Assembly: GCA_963800535.1 (NCBI GenBank)
Contig: CAWDBK010000010.1
Span: 72,736 to 104,735 of the forward strand
Direction: 5' to 3'
DNA: 32,000 nt
Source of the DNA: an uncultured Acidobacteriota bacterium
Lineage (GTDB): Bacteria; Acidobacteriota; Terriglobia; Acidiferrales; UBA7541
Shown here: positions 26,011-32,000 of the stretch, one piece after another
Layout: each line of letters begins with the position of its first letter
Position numbering within the stretch: the stretch's first letter is position 1
Position numbers and translations under genes: made by a program
Notes under the pieces: model-generated
Seen by the model: only the letters and a program-made list of their open reading frames with translations
Database searches by the model: none
Told to the model about the DNA's origin: nothing

Positions 26011-26856
26011 ATGGCGCTGGCGCAAAATCGATACGGAAAGTCGCGCGTGCGGCTGGTGCGGGTGAAGCGCGACGCCGACCGGCATGAATTTCAGGAATGG
26101 TCCGTCGAGATTTTGCTGCAGGGAGATTTCGAAAGTTGCTTCACGGACGGCGACAACAGCAAGATTCTAGCCACCGATACGATGAAGAATACGGTGTACT
26201 CCCTGGCACGCGATTCCGCGGCCAGTTGTATGGAAGAATTCGGCAAGGAGGTGGTCGATTTTTTGCTGCGGCGCAATCCGCAGGTGTCGCATGCCGAGGT
26301 GAACATTTCGCAGAAGGTTTGGGAGCGCGTGGAAGTGAACGGCAAACCGCATCCGACCACGTTCGTGCAGTCGAGCGGCGAGCGGGCGGTGACCAAAGTG
26401 ACGCGCGCGCCGCAGAGAAAGCTTTCGATCCGGTCAGGTCTCGAGAACCTGGTGATCATGAAGACAGCGGGATCGGGATTCGAAGGCTACATACAGGATT
26501 CGCTGACGACTTTGCCGCCGACGGCGGATCGCCTGTTCGGCACTGCACTCAAGGCAAGCTGGGAGTACGGCACGGACATCGTAGCCTATGCGTCGGTTCG
26601 CGAGAAAATTCGAAACATCCTGCTGGCCGAATTCGCTGCTCACGACAGCAAATCCGTGCAGCACACGCTCTACGCACTGGGCGAGGCGGTCCTCAAACAA
26701 ATTCCGGAAGTGAACGAAATCGATCTGACGATGCCGAATCTGCACTGCCTGCTGGTGGACCTTTCGCGCTTCGGGCAGACGAATCCGAACGAACTTTTCG
26801 TGCCCACCGACGAGCCGCATGGATATATCGAAGCGACGGTCCGGCGTCACAAGTGA
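26011..26856 (+). CDS. pucL: Urate oxidase (cofactor-independent uricase)
   Basis: YGKSRVRLVRV......H...E..V...L.GDF...FT.GDNS.ILATDTMKNTVY..A... and the duplicated tunnelling-fold pattern with ...SVQHTLY..G..VL...PEV.EI...MPN.H are typical of bacterial uricases. Confidence 0.85.
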   Translation: MALAQNRYGKSRVRLVRVKRDADRHEFQEWSVEILLQGDFESCFTDGDNSKILATDTMKNTVYSLARDSAASCMEEFGKEVVDFLLRRNPQVSHAEVNISQKVWERVEVNGKPHPTTFVQSSGERAVTKVTRAPQRKLSIRSGLENLVIMKTAGSGFEGYIQDSLTTLPPTADRLFGTALKASWEYGTDIVAYASVREKIRNILLAEFAAHDSKSVQHTLYALGEAVLKQIPEVNEIDLTMPNLHCLLVDLSRFGQTNPNELFVPTDEPHGYIEATVRRHK

Positions 26857-26869
26857 GATTGCGGCGCTC

Positions 26870-28123
26870 ATGAGCTACGAAAGCAGAGCGAGAATCGCTA
26901 TCGAGCGTTGCCGCAAACTCGCGACTTACAGCGAAGACTCCGGCGGCACGCGGCGGACGTTCTTGTCGCCACCCATGCGCGAAGTTCACCGTGAAATTGC
27001 CGGCTGGCTTGCGCTGCTCGGAGTGGATGTGCGGATCGATGCGGCGGGCAATCTACGCGCGCTGTATGCGGCCGCCGAACGCGATGCGCCGCGATTGTTG
27101 ATTGGTTCGCACCTCGATACAGTGCCGAATGCTGGAGCATTCGACGGAATCTTGGGCGTGGTTTTGGGCGTGGCTCTTATAGAGGCACTTGAGGGCAAGA
27201 GATTGCCGTTTGGCGTCGAGTTGCTGGGGTTTTCAGAGGAAGAAGGCGTTCGATTTGGTGCGCCGTTCATTGGCAGCCGTGCGCTCGTGGGCCGGCTCGA
27301 TGCCGAATTTCTCGCGCGCCAGGACGCTGCGGGGATTTCCGTGCGGCGAGCGATCGAGGATTTCGGCCTGGACCCGCGCGAGATTTCCGCGGCGCGCGTC
27401 ACGGGTGATGAACTGGGCTTTCTCGAATTTCACATCGAGCAGGGGCCGGTGCTCGACGGAATCAATCGGGCGCTCGGAGTTGTGGAAGCGATCGCGGGGC
27501 AGAGCCGGATGGAAGTCGTGTTTACCGGAAGCGTGAACCACGCCGGCACCACGCCGATGAACGCGCGCCGCGACGCCATGGCTGGTGCGGCGGAATGGAT
27601 TGGCGCGGTCGAGCGGGAAGCGCGGCGAGTGGCCGACCTCGTGGCGACCGTGGGAAGCCTTGCGGCGAAGCCGGGCGCCGTTAACGTGATCGCCGGGGAA
27701 GCGCGCGCGACGTTGGATGTGCGCCACGGTTCGGATGAGGTTCGCCGCGCGGTCGTCGATACGCTCGTCGGCGCCGGGACGGAGATTGCAGAGCGCCGCG
27801 GATTGAGGATGCGGCACGCGGCGATGCTGGATCAGCCATCCGTGGCGATGGACGCGGAGCTCGCGCGCCTGGCTGAGGATGCGATTCGCCGCGCCGGATG
27901 CGAGCCGCACCGCATGGTCAGCGGCGCGGGACACGACGCCATGATTCTGGCGGAAAAAGTTCCGGCCGCCATGATTTTTCTGCGTACGCCGGGCGGCATC
28001 AGCCACGATCCGGCCGAGACAGTACGCGTGGAAGACGTGGCGAAGGCGATCGAAGCGGGTTCGCTGCTGCTCGCGCAGCTGGCCGAATCGCACGCGATTC
28101 AAAGGAGAACGAAACTTGCATAA
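26870..28123 (+). CDS. allC: M20-family amidohydrolase, allantoate amidohydrolase-type (paralogue 1)
   Basis: GSHLDTVPNAGAFDGILGVVLGVALIEAL, F.EEEGVRFG, LEFHIEQGPVL, G..NHAGTTPM..R.DA and MVSGAGHDAM form the AllC/N-carbamoyl-amino-acid amidohydrolase pattern. Assignment to allantoate versus ureidoglycolate between the two paralogues is by position only. Confidence 0.7.
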   Translation: MSYESRARIAIERCRKLATYSEDSGGTRRTFLSPPMREVHREIAGWLALLGVDVRIDAAGNLRALYAAAERDAPRLLIGSHLDTVPNAGAFDGILGVVLGVALIEALEGKRLPFGVELLGFSEEEGVRFGAPFIGSRALVGRLDAEFLARQDAAGISVRRAIEDFGLDPREISAARVTGDELGFLEFHIEQGPVLDGINRALGVVEAIAGQSRMEVVFTGSVNHAGTTPMNARRDAMAGAAEWIGAVEREARRVADLVATVGSLAAKPGAVNVIAGEARATLDVRHGSDEVRRAVVDTLVGAGTEIAERRGLRMRHAAMLDQPSVAMDAELARLAEDAIRRAGCEPHRMVSGAGHDAMILAEKVPAAMIFLRTPGGISHDPAETVRVEDVAKAIEAGSLLLAQLAESHAIQRRTKLA

Positions 28124-28856
28124 TCTTGGCGAAACACGCAGCGCCCGCCGCTCCGATCATTTGCTTCTGACTCCCGATACGTTCGTGCGCGCGCCGCTGC
28201 CGGGCATGAAGAAATGCATGGCCATCGTGCACGTGGCGCCGGCGATGGGCGCGGCGTTCACTCAGTACACGGCTGAATTTGAGACGGGCGGCGAGCTCGG
28301 CGATACCTCCGCGCAGCGCTTCGTCTATGTGCTCGAAGGCGCCGTAAAAGTTGACGCCAAGGGAAAAAAGGATGAGCTCGGTCCGCGCGGCTACGCATTT
28401 CTGCCGGAGGGGATGGCGCACGGAGTCGTTTCGACGAAAGCGAGCCGCGTCGCAGTGATCGAGAAGTCGTACGTGCCGGTCGCGAGCGTGAAGCCGCCGA
28501 GCCTGATTCTGGCGAGTGAAGATGAAGTCAGCTCGAAAGCTCTGGGCGACGATCCCGATCTTCAAGTAAAAGGCTTGCTGCCGGATGTGCCAAGCTTCGA
28601 CTGCGCTGTGAACACCATGACGTATCAGCCCGGCGCGTCTCTAAGCATGGTGGAAATGCACGTAATGGAGCATGGGCTGCTGATGCTGGAAGGCGGGGGG
28701 ATCTATCGCCTCGGCGATTCTTGGCATCCGGTGACGGCCGGCGATTTTATCTGGATGGGGCCGTGGTGTCCGCAGTGGTTCGGCGCGATCGGCAAAAAGG
28801 CCGCGAAATATTTGATCTATAAGGACTGGAACCGGCACCCGCTGCCCGGCAAATAG
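28116..28856 (+). CDS. allE: (S)-ureidoglycine aminohydrolase (bicupin)
   Basis: A TTG start 7 nt after AGGAGA (28103-08) overlaps the upstream stop by 8 nt. LLTPDTFV...PG......IV...P.MGA.FTQY......GG...RFVYVLEG...L...GYAFLP.G...YQPGASLSMVEMHVMEHGLLMLEGGGIYRLGDSWHPVTAGDFIWMG parallels E. coli AllE/YlbA. Confidence 0.85.
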   Translation: MHNLGETRSARRSDHLLLTPDTFVRAPLPGMKKCMAIVHVAPAMGAAFTQYTAEFETGGELGDTSAQRFVYVLEGAVKVDAKGKKDELGPRGYAFLPEGMAHGVVSTKASRVAVIEKSYVPVASVKPPSLILASEDEVSSKALGDDPDLQVKGLLPDVPSFDCAVNTMTYQPGASLSMVEMHVMEHGLLMLEGGGIYRLGDSWHPVTAGDFIWMGPWCPQWFGAIGKKAAKYLIYKDWNRHPLPGK

Positions 28857-28870
28857 ATCGGAATGTTTTC

Positions 28871-30109
28871 ATGCCGCTGACGATCGATTCAGAACTGCTT
28901 TCCAGCGAGATCGACGAGCTCGCCGCCATCTCCGATGCGGAAACGCCAGCGGTAACGCGCGTGGTTTTCACGCCTACGGATATGAAGGCGCGCGCCTGGC
29001 TGCGCGCACGCTGCGAAGCGGCGGGTCTTGCCGTGCGCGTTGATGCGATCGGCAACACGTTTGCTCGCTGGGCGAGCTCGGACGTCAGCGCGCCTGTGAT
29101 CGGTACCGGCTCGCACATCGACGCTATCCCCAACGCCGGAAAATATGACGGCGTAGTGGGCGTGCTTGGCGGACTCGAAGCCATTCGCGCGTTGCAACGG
29201 GATGGATTTCGGCCGCGGACTTCGATTGAGCTGCTACTGCTCACGTCCGAAGAGCCCACGCGGTTCGGGATCGGCTGCATCGGTAGCCGCATGCTTGCGG
29301 GCAGTCTGTCGGCCGAGGCCGCGCGCAAGTTGAAAGACAAGGATGGCGCTTCCGTCGACGAAGTGCGGCGCGCTGCTGGAATGACAGGCGAACTTGAGCA
29401 AGTGCCGCTGGCGCGCGGCTATTACAAAGCCTGGGTCGAACTGCACATCGAGCAGGGCCCGCTGCTCGAGCGCGATCGCGTGCCGCTCGGAATTGTGACG
29501 AAAATCGCCGCACCCGCCAGCGCACGAATCGCGATCGAAGGCTCGGGCGGCCATGCCGGCGGAGTGGTGATGCCCGATCGTCGCGATGCGCTCTGCGCCG
29601 CGTCCGAATTGATTCTCGCGGTCGAAACCGCTGCCCGAACGACCGGGTCGATCGATAGCGTGGCAACGGTCGGAATTTGCGACGTGTTCCCCGGCGCGGT
29701 GAATAGCATCCCGAGTCGCGTCCGGCTTTCGCTGGATGTGCGCGACACGGATCTCGCACGGCGCGACGGTGCGATGCAGGCGATCGAGCACGCTTCGAAG
29801 CAAATCGCCGAGAAACGAAAAGTCTCGATCGCCACGGATCTGCTAAATGCGGACGCGCCCGCCGACTGCGCGCCGGCTTTGATCGAGGCGCTTTCTCGAG
29901 CCGCCCAAAAGCACGAAATCGCGTCTCAACGCATGATCAGCCGCGCCTATCACGACTCGCTTTTCATCGCGCGCATCGCTCCCGTGGCGATGCTCTTCAT
30001 CCCCTGCCGCAACGGCTACAGTCATCGGCCCGACGAATACGCGTCACCGGAAGATATCGCCCGCGGCACGCTGGTGCTCGCTGAAACGCTCGCGAGCCTC
30101 GCCTCGTAA
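28871..30109 (+). CDS. M20-family amidohydrolase (paralogue 2; candidate ureidoglycolate amidohydrolase)
   Basis: It shows the same family blocks as 26870-28123: GSHIDAIPNAGKYDGVVGVLGGLEAIRAL, TSEEPTRFG, VELHIEQGPLL, GGHAGGVVMPDRRDA and RAYHDSLF. It lies immediately after the ureidoglycine aminohydrolase gene, as in AAH/UGlyAH/UAH pathways. Confidence 0.65.
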   Translation: MPLTIDSELLSSEIDELAAISDAETPAVTRVVFTPTDMKARAWLRARCEAAGLAVRVDAIGNTFARWASSDVSAPVIGTGSHIDAIPNAGKYDGVVGVLGGLEAIRALQRDGFRPRTSIELLLLTSEEPTRFGIGCIGSRMLAGSLSAEAARKLKDKDGASVDEVRRAAGMTGELEQVPLARGYYKAWVELHIEQGPLLERDRVPLGIVTKIAAPASARIAIEGSGGHAGGVVMPDRRDALCAASELILAVETAARTTGSIDSVATVGICDVFPGAVNSIPSRVRLSLDVRDTDLARRDGAMQAIEHASKQIAEKRKVSIATDLLNADAPADCAPALIEALSRAAQKHEIASQRMISRAYHDSLFIARIAPVAMLFIPCRNGYSHRPDEYASPEDIARGTLVLAETLASLAS

Positions 30110-30111
30110 TC

Positions 30112-30128
30112 TCAGCCGAAGCGGCTGA
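30112..30128. terminator. Hairpin between convergent operon ends
   Basis: TCAGCCG-aag-CGGCTGA is a 7-bp stem with a 3-nt loop. It sits in the 26-nt gap between stop 30109 (+) and stop 30136 (-). T-rich flanks are weak. Confidence 0.4.
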
Positions 30129-30135
30129 TTCCGCT

Positions 30136-31482
30136 TTACTGCGCGGGAATGATGCGATGAATCAGTTTACGGGGCGCGGGAATGGAATCGCCGACGCGGT
30201 AACTGCGCTCCATCAGCGCCTTAGCTCGGGCGGCTCGCGCGTCCGAGTTGTAGTGCACCGTGCACAGGCTCTCGCCAAATTCCACAGCATCGCCGACCTT
30301 CTTGTGGAGCACGATGCCAACGGCGGGGTCGACGGAATCTTCCTTTTTCTCGCGCCCGCCGCCTAGCACCACGCAGGCCGTGCCTACATCCTCGCACTGA
30401 ATTGCGGCGACGAACCCGCTTGAGGGGCTGGTGACTTTCATCGAGAATCTCGCTCGCGGTAATTTTGCGGGATCGTCGATGGCACCGACGTCGCCGCCCT
30501 GCAGCTTCACGAGCTCGCGGAATTTCTTCATCGCCTCACCGGAGCGAATCATCTCCTGCGCCAGTTTTCTGGCGTCGTCGATCGTTCCGGCCTGCACGCC
30601 CAGATGAATCATCCATGCGCCCAGCTCCAGGCAGAGCTGGCGCAGGTCGTCCGGGCCGCCGCCCAGCAGCACGTCGATTGCTTCATCGACCTCCAGCGCA
30701 TTGCCGACTTTCGATCCCAGCGGCTGGTCCATGTCCGTGAGCAGCGCCACTACTTTTTTCCCCATGCGCTGTCCGGTCTCAACCATCAGTTCGGCCAGAA
30801 ACGCGGCGTCCTCGTCGGTTTTCATGAACGCGCCGGAGCCGGTCTTCACATCGAGCACCAGCCCGTCGATGCCCTCCGCCAATTTCTTGCTCATGATCGA
30901 CGCGCAGATCAAGAAAGGACTTTCGACCGTGCCGGTGACGTCCCGCAGCGAATAAAACAGCCGGTCAGCGGGCGCGATCTCCGCCGTCTGGCCGATCATC
31001 GCGCAGCCGCACGTGCGCAGGATCTCGCGAAAGCGCTTGAGCGAAATCTTCACGTTGAAACCGGGAATCGCTTCCAGCTTGTCGAGCGTGCCGCCGGTGT
31101 GGCCCAGGCCGCGGCCGCTAATCATCGGCACGTAGAGACCGGCCGCGGCCACGAGTGGCGCCAGCACGAGAGAAGTCTTATCGCCCACGCCGCCGGTCGA
31201 GTGCTTGTCGATTCTTGCTGCAGGCAGCTCGGAGAGGTCGAGCAGCTCGCCCGAGTGCAGCATCGCGTCGGTGAGCGCGGTGGTTTCCGCGCGTGTCAGT
31301 CCCTTCAGCAGCGCGGCCATCAGCCATGCGGATACTTGATAGTCGGGGATTTGCCCGGCCGTGTAGCCGCGCACCAGAAATTCGATTTCGGGACGCGAAA
31401 GCTCGCCGCCGTCGCGTTTCTTGCGGATCACGTCAATGGCGCGGAAAGCGCCGTCGCCGGCGGATTCAGCGGAGCGGCTCAC
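30136..31482 (-). CDS. deoA: Thymidine/pyrimidine-nucleoside phosphorylase
   Basis: IRKKRDGGELS..EI.F.V.GY..G.IPDYQ.SA.LMA....G....E...LT.AM..SG, DKHSTGGVGDK, ISGRGLGHTGGTLDKLE.IPG and YSLRDVT.TV.S. The proposed GTG start at 31482 overlaps the cdd stop (GTGA). There is no in-frame ATG between the cdd stop and the first conserved block. Confidence 0.85.
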   Translation of the reverse strand: MSRSAESAGDGAFRAIDVIRKKRDGGELSRPEIEFLVRGYTAGQIPDYQVSAWLMAALLKGLTRAETTALTDAMLHSGELLDLSELPAARIDKHSTGGVGDKTSLVLAPLVAAAGLYVPMISGRGLGHTGGTLDKLEAIPGFNVKISLKRFREILRTCGCAMIGQTAEIAPADRLFYSLRDVTGTVESPFLICASIMSKKLAEGIDGLVLDVKTGSGAFMKTDEDAAFLAELMVETGQRMGKKVVALLTDMDQPLGSKVGNALEVDEAIDVLLGGGPDDLRQLCLELGAWMIHLGVQAGTIDDARKLAQEMIRSGEAMKKFRELVKLQGGDVGAIDDPAKLPRARFSMKVTSPSSGFVAAIQCEDVGTACVVLGGGREKKEDSVDPAVGIVLHKKVGDAVEFGESLCTVHYNSDARAARAKALMERSYRVGDSIPAPRKLIHRIIPAQ

Positions 31483-31892
31483 TTGAGGCGAAATCCCTCT
31501 GGCAGCAGGAGAGTGATCGGCATTTCTTGGTCCTCGCCGGATTTGCCGCGAAAGAAAACTATGGCTTGGGGCCCGAATTCGTAAATCACCTGGCGGCACG
31601 CGCCGCAGGGCGAGCAGGGCGCGTTCTGGTTATTGGCGACGGCGATGGCGCGAATTTCCATTTTCGGCCCAAGTTGAGCGACGGCGGTGAAGATCGCGGT
31701 CCGCTCGGCGCAATTCGTCATGCCATACGAGGCATTTTCGACGTTGCAGCCCACGAAAACCTTGCCAGTGGTCGTCAGCAGCGCGGCTCCGACCTTAAAT
31801 TTCGAGTAGGGCGCGTGGGCATTTCTCATGGCACGCTTGGCTGCGGCCGTAAGCCGGGCTCGAATCTTGACATTGGAAGATTGTTTGGCCAT
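31479..31892 (-). CDS. cdd: Cytidine deaminase
   Basis: A.APYS.F.VGAALLT..G.VF.GCNVENASYG.T.CAERTAIF and PCGACRQV are zinc-binding CDA motifs of the small tetrameric type. The start is taken at ATG 31892. Confidence 0.85.
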   Translation of the reverse strand: MAKQSSNVKIRARLTAAAKRAMRNAHAPYSKFKVGAALLTTTGKVFVGCNVENASYGMTNCAERTAIFTAVAQLGPKMEIRAIAVANNQNAPCSPCGACRQVIYEFGPQAIVFFRGKSGEDQEMPITLLLPEGFRLK

Positions 31893-32000
31893 CAAGGGTC
31901 TGGATGCCCCTCCACGCAGGGCTACCATCCACGTGAAAGGGGAAATCCTCAGATAGCGTAGTAACATCTAATCACTATGTCGAGCCGAAATTCGGAATCG

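Noticed and set aside
31967-31995. TCTAATC...TGTCGAG plus the palindrome CCGAA-A-TTCGG upstream of cdd, reminiscent of the family-2 repeat motif
   Set aside because: The similarity is limited to 6-7-nt pieces in a different arrangement, and the region is cut by the window edge.
1-32000. Search for CRISPR arrays, tRNA/rRNA genes, IS elements, integrases, toxin-antitoxin or defence gene signatures
   Set aside because: None was recognised on either strand. This was a by-eye search, so small tRNA-like or degenerate elements could have been missed. tRNAscan-SE, Infernal and ISfinder searches would be decisive.

Overview
High-GC window, probably Acidobacteria-like (inferred only from the very large TonB-dependent receptor with an N-terminal carboxypeptidase-regulatory-like domain). 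Almost all of it is one nucleoside and purine catabolic neighbourhood. In order it holds: deoB (partial); a secreted carboxylesterase; an MBL-rhodanese gene and a 1-Cys peroxiredoxin; the minus-strand run mtaD-like deaminase, nupC, PNP; a remnant of an ABC substrate-binding gene; a roughly 1300-aa TonB receptor; formamidase and RidA; a trio of exported cytochrome c protein, DUF2165 and lipoprotein-type DUF62 SAM hydrolase; an AzgA-type purine permease; guaD; a DUF1569 protein; allantoinase; a translationally coupled operon (xanthine dehydrogenase Mo, FeS and FAD subunits, OHCU decarboxylase, HIU hydrolase, uricase, allantoate amidohydrolase, ureidoglycine aminohydrolase, second M20 amidohydrolase); then convergent deoA-cdd. 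By eye I found no rRNA, tRNA, CRISPR array, transposase, integrase, recognisable defence gene or transcription-factor gene. Points worth a second look: (1) two families of ~85-nt structured intergenic repeats, one with compensatory stem changes between copies; (2) at least 11 single-base indels in five genes, six of them in the XDH Mo-subunit gene, while its operon partners are intact; (3) an in-frame fusion of the XDH FAD subunit to OHCU decarboxylase, with a GTGA start/stop-overlap signature at the junction; (4) a DUF62 SAM hydrolase with a lipoprotein signal, in an operon with an exported haem-c protein and DUF2165; (5) a truncated solute-binding-protein gene abutting the 3' end of the TonB receptor gene. 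I do not see a convincing new multi-gene system. The 14682-17014 trio and the repeat families are the best candidates. Long R/A/G/P-rich ORFs antisense to or out of frame with the called genes are treated as high-GC artefacts.
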